The notes below the pieces were generated by a model. The model did not search any database. It saw nothing but the letters and a program-made list of their open reading frames with translations, and was not told the DNA's origin. Below are positions 1-14,753 of a DNA stretch of 64,000 bases, one piece after another. The stretch is from positions 62,992,001 through 63,056,000 of the forward strand of contig OX597821.1 of assembly GCA_951406725.2 (NCBI GenBank). Direction: 5' to 3'. Origin of the DNA: Octopus vulgaris. Taxonomy: Eukaryota. The translations under genes were made by a program, and so were the position numbers. Every line of letters starts with the position of its first letter. Positions within the stretch are counted from its first letter, which is position 1.

Positions 1-685
1 TTTCACCTGGAGAAATTCCAGTTCCAGCCTGCGTTTTGCTAATGATATAGACCTGTTAGGAAGAAATGAAGCAGTTGTACAGGAGCTCACTGCCCGTTTC
101 CGGAGCATACGGGATCGAAATAGACTCAGAATAGAGCAAGATCCTGTTTAATAGTAACAGCAAGGTTCCAATTTGACCAAGGACGGCAGATCACAAAAGA
201 AAACTCAGTTTAGCCTCTGCCGCCACGAAGAAGCTGAACACATGGGAAAGCAATTCCATTGGTTTTCCAACAAGACTCAGAGTGTACAAGACCCTGATAA
301 ATCTGACCCTTCTCTTTGGGTGTGAGAGTTGTACTCTTACAGTTGAGATGGAGTGACAAATGCAGGTATTTGAGGATAAGTGTTTTAGAAGGCTAATACA
401 CATCCCGTACAAAGGGCACAAAACGAACAGCTTTGTCAGACAGAAAGTCACCAAAGATGCTGGTAGACAGGAACCACACCTGATAAGCTCAGGTAACCCA
501 CCACAACTCCATGCCTAAAACCAATCTTCAGGCCAGTTACTGAAGGGCGCCAGAGAGGATGATAGAGAAAATCTTGGTTTTACAACATCAAGGACTGGAC
601 TCATGACAGAAAACAGAGTGCAGTTGCCACGACTGACTTTGAAAGCATAAAAGAGTGATTCTTGGGTATAATGATTTGATGACGA
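1..685 (+). mobile_element. RTE-clade LINE 3' relic
   Basis: Decayed RT motifs (ISSLRFANDIDLLG; KILFN) and RTE-type C-terminal segments (KTLINLTLLFGCESCTL, FEDKCFRRLIHIPY). Confidence 0.75.
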
Positions 686-1032
686 CAAAGGTGAGGTGAA
701 AGTGGATGCGAAGAGTTTGAGAGAAAACAGTGCACACTTGAAAGTTTACAAAGTGGTTTCGATAGCTGCATAAACGATGCAGCTATTTTACCGTTTGTGA
801 TAGAGATTATGCTGAGTAGTTCTTATGTATTGAGATAGGGATAATCTAATATCATGTGCGAGCAGAACAACATTTCTCAATTAATAAAAATGTTATTTCC
901 AGTTTTATAATTATTTCGGTGCGTTTTTTCTCATTCGTATGTGTGTGTATGTGTCTACTTATACACACACACACACACACATAAGGCACACAACACATAC
1001 ACGCATATATATTCATATATATGTATACAGAA

Positions 1033-1073
<41 letters not shown>

Positions 1074-1077
<4 letters not shown>

Positions 1078-1418
1078 AGGCGCAAGGCTCAGTGGTTAGA
1101 GCGTCGAGCTTACGATCGTGAGGTTGTGAGCTCGAATCCCGGACCGGGCTGGGTGTTGTGTTCTTGAGCAAGGCACTTTATTTCACGTTACTCCAGTTCA
1201 CTCAGCTGTAGAAATGAGTTGCGACGTCACTGGTGCCAAGCTGTATCGGCCTTTGTCTTTCCCTTGGATAACACTGGTGGCGTGGAGAGGGGAGGCTGGT
1301 ATGCATGGGCGACTGCTGGTCTTCCATAAACAACCTTGCCCAGACTTGTGTCTAGGAGGGTAACTTTCTAGGTGCAATCCCATGGTCATTCATGACCGAA
1401 GGGGGTCTTTACCCCTTT
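1074..1418 (+). mobile_element. tRNA-derived SINE, near full length
   Basis: A-box-like ggctcagtgg and B-box-like gctcgaatcc head, central ttgagcaaggcact...cactcagctg domain shared with other copies in the window; flanked by (TA)n. Confidence 0.85.
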
Positions 1419-1992
1419 ATATATATATATATATATAAATATATATAGGTGTATATATATATATATATGTGTGTGTATATATATGTATGTATATATATGT
1501 ATATATATATATGTATATATATATGTATATATATATGTATGTATGTATATATGTATGTATGTATGTATGTATGTGTATATGTATGTGTGTATGTATATGG
1601 ATATATACTTAAGTGCATACATATACATAGACGCATAGTATACTTACACACGCATGGTTATAACATATGACTTGTTTCTGTTTCGTTTCTGAATTACATA
1701 TTCTCTTTAAATTATTGTTATATTCAAGTTATTCGTGTGAATTACAAAAATGTGCAAAGCTAAAGTTAAGAAGTCTCTAAGAGTTGCAGAAAAAGATTTA
1801 TTACCGTATATTATTGTTCCAGAGGTATTTTTCCGATAAATTTGATTATTTGTGAATTATTTTATTTTATCTTTATTTAAGATGATAAATAATCACCTGA
1901 TTTTAAAATTTCAGACGATTTTAAATGTTTATTACTTTACAGTGATAAATATGTCGTCGAGTATTTCAGATCTATTTAATTGCAAGAAAAAA

Positions 1993-2203
1993 AAAACCTA
2001 CTATTTATAAAATAATTTGTGTGCAGATATCGGTAGGTCCACATATATACCTACCCATAAGCACACACACACATACACTCACACACAGAGGCACACAGAC
2101 TCACACTCAGACGTACACACACAGACACACATAAACACTCACATACATACACATACATATGCAGAAAGATAAAGAAGGAGAGGGAGAGAGAAACGTATGT
2201 TGC

Positions 2204-2236
<33 letters not shown>

Positions 2237-2401
2237 CGGGGAATAAAAAACTGTAAATGAAAGAATATGATTTAAAATCGAAATCGTAGCAATATATATC
2301 TCATTCATAGATAGCATCATTTAATACCTTGTTAGTGGTATATTAAAACCATTTATCAATGTGAATTATGTGTGTGTGCGTATTTATGTACACAAAGAAC
2401 A

Positions 2402-2466
<65 letters not shown>

Positions 2467-2517
2467 ACTCTGGACTATTTTCTTCCTCCATTTGTTTATA
2501 AGTATATATGTATGTAC

Positions 2518-2574
<57 letters not shown>

Positions 2575-2601
2575 TATATATATATGTATATATATATATG
2601 T

Positions 2602-2659
<58 letters not shown>

Positions 2660-2840
2660 TGTAATAAATATAACTAAACTACCATTTATAAAATAATTTG
2701 TGTGCAATATATCGGTAGGTCCACATATATACATACCCATAAGTACACACACACACACACACACACATACACTCACACACAGAGGCACACACACTCAGAA
2801 GCGGACATACAAACAGAGACACACATAAACACTCACATAC
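1993..2840 (+). repeat. Local direct duplication of ~150 bp (about 1993-2145 and 2676-2840)
   Basis: Both copies read tttataaaataatttgtgtgca..atatcggtaggtccacatatatac..acccataag..cacacagaggcacac..cacacataaacactcacatac. Confidence 0.85.
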
Positions 2841-2843
2841 TGG

Positions 2844-2844
<1 letters not shown>

Positions 2845-2875
<31 letters not shown>

Positions 2876-2955
2876 AAGAAGAAGAAAAAGAGGAAGAAAA
2901 AGAAGAAGAAGAAGAAGAAGAAGAAGAAGAAGAAGAAGAAGAAGAAGAAGAAGAA
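2845..2955 (+). repeat. (AAG)n microsatellite
   Basis: Direct reading; source of the poly-K/S/L ORFs. Confidence 0.95.
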
Positions 2956-2956
2956 T

Positions 2957-3136
2957 TACATGGAACAAATAGGGTCTGCAATAAGGTTGGAGCACTTGCA
3001 GAAAACAGCACTGCTTGGAACCGCTCGAATACACCTGAAGTTACTCGAAAAATAAGAGGTGTTACCTTAGTTCACGGGTAGTGAACATCTGAGACTATAG
3101 TACACCTCCAGCGTTAGAAGCTGTGCAAAGACAATA

Positions 3137-3213
<77 letters not shown>
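2957..3213 (+). mobile_element. R4/Dong-clade LINE 3' end with (TAA)n tail
   Basis: EHLQKTALLGTARI..LE* matches the C-terminus typical of R4/Dong ORFs; short 3' UTR then a long (TAA)n, the known Dong target type. Confidence 0.8.
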
Positions 3214-3216
<3 letters not shown>

Positions 3217-4640
3217 GGTGTTCACATCCAATGCGAATACATTCCAAAGAGAATCACGGAAGGAGAAAATAACCTATTTCTTTATTACCCACAAGGGGCT
3301 AAACATAGATGGGACAAACAAGGACAGACATAGGTATTAAGTCGATTCCATCGACCCCAGTGCGTAACTGGTACTTAATTTATCGACCCCGAAATGATGA
3401 AAGGCAAAGTCGACCTCGGCGGAATTTGAACTCACAGCGTAACGACAGACGAAATACGGCTACGCATTTCGCCCGGCGTGCTAACGTTTCTGCCAGGAGA
3501 AAATAACCGTTGAAAACACTCCCGCCATGTAAGAAATTAAAAACTTCTGGAAAATATCTGGAATAATGAAAAGACTTACAATTAAAATGCAGATTGGATT
3601 AGACACACAAGAATCCTACCAAGTCTTACCAGAACAAGTATGGGAAGACATCACAATAGCAGACCTAAGGATGACATTCACGAAAGTGGAAATCTCCTGG
3701 TAATGATAGGGTGCCAAATTTCTGGCCCGCTCGCTCCCCTGCGCACACGAAAAGTTAGTCCAGATATTCAATGAAATTATGAGATCCTACGAAAAAACAA
3801 TAGGTATTACTTACCTTATCCCGAAGAATAATGAAACCAAATTTCCCCAAATCTAATGGCCCATAATATGTATATCTACCACATATAAAACTTTAACATA
3901 CATCCTTGAGGAGAAAACATGCAAATCTTTGGAACAGAACGATATTTTCCCCACTAAACAAAAAGGGTGGCGACGAGGCTCATATGGATGCAAAGACCAA
4001 CTCTTAATCAATCGCATGATTCTTGAGAACTGTCATAACCAACGCAGAAATTTCAGTTCTGCATGGATTGATTATAACAAGGCCCTCAACAGTACACCGG
4101 ATTCATGGACCTTGAAATCGGTGGATATCTTCAACATTTCTCCTGTGATTTCAAGCTTCTACGTGCAAAATATGTCAATGTGAAATACAAATCTCCAATT
4201 ATACCACCCTAATGAAGTACTGACCACAAAAAAATGTTAGTATTAACTGGGGCATTTTCCAAGTTGACTCACTTTCATAGCCCTAATACGCCTTACGAAC
4301 AGGGCAGGGATATGAAATTGGCGACAAGAAAATAAGTTATCTATTTTATAAGGATGACTTAAAACTCTATGACAAAGACGATAATGAGTTTGAAGGACAT
4401 CTATGTGCTGTGAAATCATTCAAGGATGACATTTGGATAGAATTTGGTCTTGATAAATGTGCCAAGGCTACTTTCCAGAAGGGGAAACTGAAGACCTTAC
4501 AGTCAGTGGTATTTCATGATAACATAGTCATAAAAGAACTCGAACAAACTTCCAAAAACCTCGGAATAAATATGGGCTCTGCACTCAGCATGCAAGTATG
4601 AAAGAGATAAGGAAGGGGTGTTACGGGAGAATTCCAGCGT
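3214..4640 (+). mobile_element. R4/Dong-clade LINE reverse-transcriptase relic
   Basis: WKSPGND..PNFW, QKGWRRGSYGCKDQLLIN, AWIDY.KA, GIFQ.DS, DDLKLY, FGLDKCAK with frameshifts; interrupted by a SINE. Confidence 0.88.
3275..3494 (-). mobile_element. SINE with Tx1-like 3' tail, inserted in the Dong relic
   Basis: 14-bp target-site duplication aggagaaaataacc at 3261-3274 and 3495-3508; body matches 45034-45262 and 29458-29672. Confidence 0.9.
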
Positions 4641-4690
4641 CATAAAATTCTGTCTAGCCCCTTTTCTCTATCATACGACATTATAAATGA

Positions 4691-4965
4691 ATAATTCAAC
4701 TCTGGAAACATGGGTGTTTCGTTCAACATCCTTAAACAACCCTTATTTAGGAACCTTTTGAGTGGGATGGGTTACTCGATTTGAAAAAAAATAAAGGAGC
4801 CCGAATTGCAAGGTAATGCGTTGTTTATCTTGATATGAGATCTTCATGTTTGAGATGCATGTACCTGGCGTACCCTAATCATGCGGGTAGTCATAACGTG
4901 TATACTGGGATCCGTATATTTTTACACGAGTTTCAATTGAATGGCATACACTGCTCTCTCAACAA
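4691..4965. mobile_element. Partial copy of a ~500-bp interspersed repeat abutting (AAT)n
   Basis: Homologous to 6158-6655 and 37421-37950 (ggaaacatgggtgtttcgttcaacatcc...ctgctctctca). Confidence 0.8.
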
Positions 4966-4969
4966 CACC

Positions 4970-5039
4970 AATAATAATAATAATAATGATAATGATAATA
5001 ATAATAATGATGAGGATGATGATAATAATAATAATGATA

Positions 5040-5098
<59 letters not shown>

Positions 5099-5100
5099 AA
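4970..5100 (+). repeat. (AAT)n/(GAT)n compound microsatellite
   Basis: Direct reading. Confidence 0.95.
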
Positions 5101-6157
5101 AGACGAAAGTGTTCTTGCCATTTATTATTTCCTTACTGATGAAGTCTTCCTGCAGCCTTCGTTAATGAAGCTAATACTTTTAGTTTAGGTGACGTTTTAC
5201 TATCGTATGACGGCTGTCATACTTATTCGTTTTGATTGAGGAATACGTTTTGACATTTTACATACTTTTCAGGAAATAAGTGCATACACCATTTGCAACA
5301 ATCTGATTTAAATTTACTGTTGCTGTCCACAAAATGCTGTGTACAGAGGTGAATTGCAGTCTCTTGATAGAATTATTGTATTGATTTTCCACGAACCTAT
5401 TGTCCTCTCATTAATTCAGAATACGTTGCGCTTTTATTGAAGAAAATGTTTCGCAAAAATGTAAAAAGACAGACATTCGAAATCTTATATGGCATCATAG
5501 AAATACTGATTGTTCTTTATGACTTTCTCTTTACGTTTTCTGTTATTTCTAGTTACTGTGTTTGGCTAGGAAGTTTTTTGGAATTATATTTTCTGAGTAA
5601 AAGTTTCTACCCTGTGCGTTTAGTTTTTAATTCCATCGATATGTGTTCTTTTATTTTTAAATCATACTGTTTTCCACGTGTACAGATTTTTCATATAGCA
5701 TAGAAATATTTATATCCGGTTGATGCAAATCATATTTCTAACAAAATCACTAACTTTTCATTATTCATTAGTGATATTTCTGTCTCTTTTGTCTTTTTTA
5801 CATGTACACGTTCTGTCTGTGATGTCAGTCATTTTGTAGAGATACAATTTCAAAAAAAGCTTTCTTTAACCAAATAATATTCTTACTGTTATTTTGTTTT
5901 CGCCTTATTAAATTTTCTCCCATTGTTTTTTTTATTTTTTGTGTGTGTTCCGCAACTTGTATGCTCATTTATTTAACATTTGCTTTTAATTCTTGATGTC
6001 AAATATGCACATAATTTCACATAATGTACAATTCCTGTACATATCATCCACATCCGAAATTCATTCGCTTAGCATACAATTGCACGTAGCTATTTCTCCT
6101 ATTAAGCGCTTCAATATTGAAAATATTTATGCTATAAATAACAATGAAGTACCAAGT

Positions 6158-6678
6158 AGTGGCTCTCATGGCTTCTGATTGGAAGTGTTATCATGTATAT
6201 TGTTTTGTCTATATACAAAAGATTGTCTACAGCAAATATTCTGCTCAATACCACAGATTTGATTGTCAGTTGTTTGACCTTAACCAGTTCAGCATGTTTC
6301 TTAATGGCTGACGATATATACTTCTCAGATCACGAGCAGAAGTAGTGCGGGAGCAACATAGCCGTATGTATTAAGAGGAATTCTTTGAGGTTTGGATAAT
6401 TCAGCTTTGGAAACGTGGGTGTTTCGTTCAACATCCTTAAACAGCACTTATTCATGGACCTCTTGAGCGAGATGGGCTACTCATCCTGAAGAAAATTCTA
6501 ACTGAGTCTCACCTGCAAGGTCATGTCGTGCACATATGGTTCTGATGCATATGCCTGGCGTACCCTTATCAGACGGGTAGTCATGATAGATATACTGGGC
6601 TTCGTATATTTTACCCTAGTGTCACTTTGATGGCATTCACTGCTCTCTCACTCAGTAATAATAATAATAATAATAATG

Positions 6679-6766
<88 letters not shown>
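6158..6766. mobile_element. ~500-bp interspersed repeat followed by (AAT)n, possibly a Dong-related end
   Basis: Three copies in the window, each ending at an (AAT)n tract; the family assignment is inference. Confidence 0.75.
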
Positions 6767-6767
<1 letters not shown>

Positions 6768-6915
6768 CCTTCATACTATTAACAAAGGGCTGAAATTTTG
6801 AGAAGGAGTATAGCCGATCGCATCGACGCTAGTGTTCGACTGGAACTCACTTTATCAACCCTGAAAGGAGAAAAGGCAAGGTCAACCTCGGCGGAATGTA
6901 ATCGAATCACGTGAA
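6767..6915 (-). mobile_element. SINE fragment (family of 29458-29672)
   Basis: ctgaaattttg...atcgac...gaaaggagaaaaggcaaggtcaacctcggcggaat matches the reverse complement of the family body. Confidence 0.75.
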
Positions 6916-7002
6916 GATTTACTAATCAGGATTGCTTTTATAACCTACTCTTTACTATCATCATCATCATCATCATTATCATCATTATTATTATTATTAT
7001 TA

Positions 7003-7051
<49 letters not shown>

Positions 7052-8004
7052 CATCATTATTTTAATTATATATTTTATAACCATGTGACGATGATCTCAC
7101 ACGGCATTGAAATAAGATTTTTCAGGATTAATTACACGTATTTTTGTCCTTCGTATAGTCGACGTCACTAATTAGAATTTATGCATTTGAGTTGAGACAG
7201 CTATTGGGTGGCACAGTTTCTTCGGTAATATTCGATACAGTGTCAATATCCTCTCTGTTTGGTACTAGATAACGTACATTCGAAGACACTATCTGAATCT
7301 TGTTTGCTCATACTACAATTTATTTGTCTGGCAGCATTTGTAAATACTATAATTATGTAAGTTCAACGTAATAAGTCGAAATAATGGCTGGACTTGTCAC
7401 CGTACTGTTACAATCCGACACACTTCTCACCATTGTATTACCTGCATTCGATTTTTAATAAATTTCAAGTAATTGAATATCAAGTTTGCCGTTTGTGTCT
7501 TTCGTAACTAGCATCGATAATTAAGTTAATGATTAATTCTCCTCAACGCGAGTGTAATTTTGAATAATTAAAAGTTCTGTATCACTATTTGTTGTATTTT
7601 GGTTTAGCCTCACTATTCGGTGCTTACGCAGAGTGTCCTTCGATAATTTTTCAATAATTCATTTTCAAAAATTTAAGCAATTTGGATCACATATATTCAT
7701 AAATATATTTTTTCTTGTTAGGATCAGCAGCAGAACTTTCAGATAAACAAGTGATGAGTTACGTGATAGGATCTTTATATATTCTGCAAACACCAAAAAT
7801 AGTTGATCCGGTTAAAATTAAATACACTAAATGCACGCGGTCTTGTGTCTGTAAGCTCTGTATCTTTGCATGTTTACATATATGTAGGGCAATGATTGAG
7901 AGCGAGTGTGCAGTTTAGCGCGCGCGGGCATTTGTGTGTAGGTACATATATAGATATGTGTGCGTGTGTTTGTGTGTGTATTTTTGTGTTTATTGGTGTG
8001 TATG

Positions 8005-8052
<48 letters not shown>

Positions 8053-8524
8053 TATATATATATATATATGTATATGCATGAATATATTCAATCATATACA
8101 TAGGTATATGAGTTTTATTCATATCTTGATATGCATGTTAGCATATATGAGAATATGTGTGTGTACGTACCTATATACACAATATAAGGATAAGACCTAC
8201 TTATTGTTTCTTGCTGTGAACTCACGTGACTAACCAGATTTTCATGACGTGCCTTGTGTCTCCAAGTATTCCTCATGCTCTATGTACATTAGTCTCTATT
8301 TGAAAATGGTCTCTATTTAGTCTCTATGTACATTAGTCTCTATTTGAAAATGGAGACGTTACTACATAAGAAACCACGAGAACAGAAAAGAGGAAAGCGC
8401 GGAGATTGATGCAAAAAGTGATAGGGTGAATACAAACCGAAAAAGGAAAGAAAATAATTAATTAAATTTACTATGCGTTTGTAATAGAATAATGAAAGCA
8501 TTTGTAATAGAATAATGTAAAGGT

Positions 8525-8960
8525 GGGGAGCCCATAGTCCGCTAGATAGCTGCTCAAGCTGGAGAATTTGGTGTCTTCCTGTTCCTCAATAGAAATTTGT
8601 TCATGTACTTACATTTGTTGAAAATTTCTGATCTGGACTTCAGTAGCATGGCGGAATTCTGAGATGTAAAATGAATGTATGATTCGTTTTAGATCTAGAG
8701 CGACTTCAAATTGTTGCTTAACAAACCAAAGATCAATTAAGTGTATGCCTGACCTGCGATAATTATCTGAAAAATCTCTCTCAATGCAACCTACCGTATT
8801 TAAAATGCTTCCGCCTTTCATAATGTTGTTTTCTATATCCAGTCAACAATAAAGAAAATGCTGAAGAATCATTAATAGAGCTGCTTTGATCATAGAACCC
8901 TTTAATCATTTATGAGTTCAGGATAAGTATGAATGGCAACGATAGCAGTTGTACAATATC
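8525..8960 (-). mobile_element. Possible decayed Helitron Rep-helicase fragment
   Basis: Frameshifted LREIFQIII...DLW and SYLADYGLP resemble the Helitron LRxLFAxIL..LW and SLxDFGLP motifs in the expected order. Confidence 0.3.
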
Positions 8961-11614
8961 AGTAATGAAAATCATATACCTGTGATACTTTGATTGAAAT
9001 ACCACAGAAGTTAGCATGGAGATGTATATGATGGCAGATATGGTAAGCTGTGTTTGAGATGGTTTCTGTTGGTACGCTGGAATGATAGTTTCAACTGAAA
9101 TGATCTCAGCGATATTTTGAATAGATATTAATTTTTTTTTTTTATTTTGCCTACAACACGGTCTCTATTAATTAATTTATTCAGTTTTGGAACGACTTAT
9201 ATGCCTTTTAGTTGTCAATGTGTGATTAGGAGAAAAATTTCTCTTGTCAACTGATCTCATGTGCATGCGTTAGTATTACGATTTATAACTGAAGTCGTCA
9301 CTCAGCTTCATAAGTTTTACTCAATGCGTTAAATCATGAACATGAGCTTCGACTTCTCATCGTAGTTCCCTACATCAGTTACATGATAGAGTGTGCACAC
9401 TTGTAAAGTGTTGGGAGAGAATGGTGTGTAACAAACCATACTAGCAATGGGGAATATGATCACTACATAAACTAATATTTTCTTGGCTGTTATTTAGTTT
9501 AAATGCTCAATAATAGGATAGAATTTTTCTTTGAACTTGGTTTAGAATATTCTATCATAAAGTTAATATTGTACTATTGAATATATAATATATTAAGCTT
9601 TCATTACTGAATGATATCAGCGAGAATTTGTTTCATGTAAAGTTAATATAAAACTTTTCGAAGTGTACGTAACTCAACGTAATAGACTTTTTTCTTTAAT
9701 AAATAGTAATATATGAACAGTTGTTTAAAGAATAGCTTGATATGGTAATGATCTGGATTGCTGATGGACGCAAATACTATCTAATACATTAATTCAAAAC
9801 AGTCTGTACTGTGATTCAAGATAAGACTTCTAGAAAAATCGTTGTATAACATTACTGTCTTTGATATGCTATTTATTCTGAGAAAAGAAATTGCATAGGG
9901 AATAGTTAAAAGCTATAATTCTATTAGTTAACTTCGATTTAAAATGCAAGATATCACGTTTCTTATCGAATATATATATGTGGTCAAGCATAGATACACA
10001 TATATATGTGTATACACAGATAATAGCTCGCGTAAAGACATCTACATGCTTGTATACGTGTGTGTGTGCACGCATGTGCGTCCATCAGTGTGTGCGCGTG
10101 CATGTGTATGTCACTATAAACATTTAGAATGGATATAACTACTTAGTTTTATAATTCTACCTCAGATACTATCCCGGCTCCAAATATTTTACAAAGTTTC
10201 CATTTTATATATGTTTACAGCAAAATGGTTATCATTTAATATTTTAAAACTTATTTCTTCACACTAAAAAAAAAAAAATTCGTAATTTAAAAAATACACT
10301 CCAGCAAGAGAATGTTATCACATAGAAGAAAAAAAATTCATTTCTAACTGACGTGTTTAATACTCAAGATTAAAAGCTATATGAATCAGATATCTCTTCC
10401 TCTTAACACGGATAGGTAACACTATATATAATTTTTAAAAATCGGTGATATTGTAACTGAATATTTCTTTGATAATATTTTCTATCACCAGTTCGTAGCA
10501 TGATAATATATTGCATCTTATATTGTATTATATCATATTATATGAATTGGTCGAACAGGCATAAATCTTAGCAGGTTGGGTTAAATCTATAGGGGCATTC
10601 AAATTCCACTACGGTCGCCTTTACGTTTCATCCTTCCAGCGTCGCTAAAATAATTACCCGGGTAAAGTACTGGGTACCATTTAAAACATTTCCGCCTCCC
10701 TTCAAAAACTTCTACTTCAGTGTCAACTTATTATATACGTGTCCTGAAATATTGCTGTGTGGACGCCCCCAGACGATGAAGTAGGCTAGCCCAATACGTA
10801 GATATAGAGGGAGAAGTCTAGACGTCAAGGTAGACGAGAACAGAATAGTAGACAAGAACAGTTGAGTAGCGGTCAGAGTAGATTGGAGTCGAGTTGAGTA
10901 GAAGACATCCGAATGTGTGACATAACACACATATATATATATATTTGCATACATATATTACATGTGTGTATGTATGTATGTATAGATGTATGTATGCATG
11001 TATCTATGTATATTAAAAAGACATCTACATATACAACGACACACATACATTTATATACCTTGTGAAATATACTTTTGATGTACAGCACATTCCGACAAAT
11101 TATTTTTATGGTAAGAGTAATTAATTTCATAAGAGAAAAATTATGATAAACTATGATAAATTATATTAAATTATGAAATATATACAAAAGGATTAGATTG
11201 AACTGTGCTATTATGAAATAGCAGAGGAAATAAAATAGTCATTAGGGCACATGTTAATGTTGTGCAAAACATGGCGTCATTTTGCAGTTTTCTTTGATAT
11301 ATTCCCGCTGGGGAATACGCTAAACAACAGCTTGGCTAGAATAATCAGGTTAACATTACTTACATGTAAATTATGCAATACAAAATAACATCTACAAATT
11401 CAACGTTAATAGATGTACTTACTTCTTAGACAAGTATAGTCAAACGTAAAAGAAGAGTGTCATTACTCTATTCTCTTAAGATTAAAATATAGTGAGAAGC
11501 TAGTTAACTGGAATCAGCTAAATGCGTACATTCATGCGCAGACACATATAAAAAATATATGAATGTGTATAGATATATGTGTATGTGAGTATTAGTGTAT
11601 TTAAATATAATATA

Positions 11615-11773
11615 GTGGTTGTGTAGTAAGAAGCTTCCTTCCCAACAACATAGTTCCGGGCTCAATTTCACTGCGTGGCACCTTGGGCAATTGCCTTCTA
11701 CTGTAGTCTCGGGCCGACCAAAATTTTGTGAGTGGATTTAGTAGGAAGGAATTGAAAGAAGCCCGACGTATAC

Positions 11774-11822
<49 letters not shown>

Positions 11823-11988
11823 TATATACATACATACATATGTGTGCTTTTCTGTGTTTGGCAAAGAAGAACCGAAAGAATAAGTGATAGGCTTACAAAG
11901 ACTAAGTCTTGGAGTCCATTTGTTCGACTAAAACAGACGGTGCTCCAGCATAGCCGCAGTGAAACGACTTAAATAAGTAAAAGAATAA
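11615..11988 (+). mobile_element. tRNA-derived SINE with internal (TA)n
   Basis: cactgcgtggcaccttgggcaa...gaaagaagcccg(TA)n...ggtgctccagcat.gccgcagt; at least 7 copies in the window. Confidence 0.85.
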
Positions 11989-12239
11989 CAGTATATATAT
12001 ATATATATATTATGATAATAACAGTAAGTCTACTGAGGAATTTATGAATATGCGAGTTTCCACAGATCAGATGATTTTAACATCAAAGTGTCGTTATGCT
12101 TCGGATTATTACGGTATAGCCCATATTATCCGCGGGCATCCGGCTGATCATCATCATTGATTGATTTTATCTGTATTATTCGATGAATCACAGATGAATA
12201 TTTATCCCTTCTTGCCAATTTAGCTATGCGTATACATAC

Positions 12240-12285
<46 letters not shown>

Positions 12286-12291
12286 GTGTGT

Positions 12292-12336
<45 letters not shown>

Positions 12337-12345
12337 TGTGTGTTT

Positions 12346-12630
12346 GGTGGTACATGGCCTAGTGGTTAGAGCAGCGGATTCACGGTCGAGGGATCGCGGG
12401 TTCGGATCTCAGACCGGGTGATGTGTGTGTTTATGAGCGTAACAACTCAGCTCCATGCGGCTTCGGCAGAAAGTAATGGCGAACTTCTGGTGACTCTTTC
12501 ACCATAACTTTCTCTCACTCCTTCCTCCTGCATCTTGCAGCTCACTTGCGTCCCGTCCAGGTGGGGAACATATACGCCAAGAAGACTGGGAAATCGGCCC
12601 TATGAGCCAGGCATGGCTTGAGAAGAAACG

Positions 12631-12635
<5 letters not shown>
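12346..12635 (+). mobile_element. tRNA-derived SINE
   Basis: A box tggcctagtgg, B-box-like ggttcggatc; tail tcccgtccag..ggggaaca...ggccc.atgag shared with 54760-54850 on the minus strand. Confidence 0.8.
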
Positions 12636-12704
<69 letters not shown>

Positions 12705-13082
12705 AATTTCATACTTTTTTTCTTTTAAGATTTGTATCAATGTTCCGTACGCTTTGACATCTTAATTAAAGTTATCATCACAAGTGGTACGAGTCTTTAT
12801 TCATTAATACGCCACTTTATCTCGCTTGAATCATTTTTGTTCGTTTTTACCCCACATGCAGTATCCGCATCATTTTGAGTTTCTCATTATCGTAAATTCT
12901 TTGAAGTCGATTATTTAATTCAAAGACATCAATTTTATGTAATTTTCATGTATAAGTAATTCATTACAGATCTCAAATTATAATTTTAATATTTCAATTG
13001 TATCTAATGTATGTTTAGCATAAAGGTCATTAATAAATAATAATTATGATACTGTTAGTAATATAATATCATGAAGTGTAGG

Positions 13083-13086
<4 letters not shown>

Positions 13087-13152
<66 letters not shown>

Positions 13153-13204
13153 TAATAATAATGATAATGATAATAATAATAATAACAACAATAATAATGA
13201 TAAT

Positions 13205-13260
<56 letters not shown>

Positions 13261-13294
13261 TGATAATAATAATATTAATAATAATAATAATAAT

Positions 13295-13372
<78 letters not shown>
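13087..13372 (+). repeat. (AAT)n microsatellite, ~285 bp
   Basis: Direct reading; source of the poly-Ile ORFs. Confidence 0.95.
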
Positions 13373-13374
<2 letters not shown>

Positions 13375-14753
13375 ACAAACAGCATAGTAAAATGTATAAA
13401 TTCACTATTTATCATTTTTTTACCGAACAATACTTGCTGCGCGTTTGCATGTTCTTATTTAATCGCTCTCAATCACTAGAACAGAAAAGACACATGTCAT
13501 TATATGTAATTGATTCTGAAAATTCCAACTCCGACAGAAATATACGACACCCTCTACCAAATCATCACCCGTTACCAAAAAAGCATATTGCAAGAATAAC
13601 CACAATAAATTAAATTTCTCTGCAGAAAACAATTAAAATGCGAAAAGAACAATCTAATATTTTAGTTTACCGAAATGAAGTTTAACTAAATTTCTTTTAG
13701 ATTTGAAAAAAAATCACACCATAAAAAACAATGTAATGAATGCTAAATAATTCTTTAAATAATGTGTTATTGTGACGGAGCACCACTATTTTCAGTTATT
13801 TAAATATCATTGGCTTTCTGTTACGGTTTATGTAACAAATGTTAAAAGAAAATAGAATATGTTAGCCTAAATTTTAGCAGATATTCAGCTTGCAGAGAAT
13901 GTTAATATATTAACTATTCTCCTGATTCTCATCATTTCATACACATTTCCACATGAGTGTGATAATACGTGTGTAGACTAAATGAAATGTGACTCACTGA
14001 ATGTTTACGTGTTTGTATGCATATATGTATATAATGTAGATCACAGTGTTTGACTGGTCTTCTTCTCATCACAAACAAACACATTTCATCAGTCCTGCTA
14101 CAACAATAAAACGGATGTTGTAAAGTTTCCAGTCGGCAGCCAGTGATTCAACTGAATAAAATAAATATATATAAATATATTCACCAGCTTCAAATTCGAC
14201 GGATTCAACTCAGGTAGGCTTTCTTCCGCTATGTGAGCAGATAAAATTGTCTGTATGCTATGGTTCGGGAATTTTGAAAGCTTGAGCCATTTCAATTTAA
14301 CACTTATTCTGCTGAAATTCTGTGAAAACTTTGTAGATACTAACTGCAAAGTTCGTTCATTGGTATATAAAATGGAGTAAATGATCTTCTGTGGCAAGCA
14401 CAAAATTATATGCACATATGAAATATATACATGAATACACGTGCAAACAACTCATATGAAACTCCACTAAAGGAACTTGAATTAAGAATAGATTCAAAGT
14501 AGTTCCCTTACACGTCTACAGCTTCGTAAATGATTTTCAATGAGGCAACATACCCAACTAATTTAAAAACATGCCTTTAAGAAGTATGCTTTACCGTAAG
14601 AGAACAGAGAAGAGTCTCGTTTATTAAATTACCTATTATTTAAAAATGATTCCCTTATACGTACACTAATGTGTATATGAATATATATATATATATATAC
14701 GTTTAAATATTTGTTGTGCAAGATTTTTTATGTGAAGTCGTGTGTTGAAACAG

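Noticed and set aside
1074-1150. tRNA-like sequence (also 12346-12420)
   Set aside because: It continues into a SINE body and lacks a clean cloverleaf; a SINE head, not a tRNA gene.
10740-10922. TGTC...GACA bounded segment resembling a solo LTR
   Set aside because: No target-site duplication and no second copy in the window.
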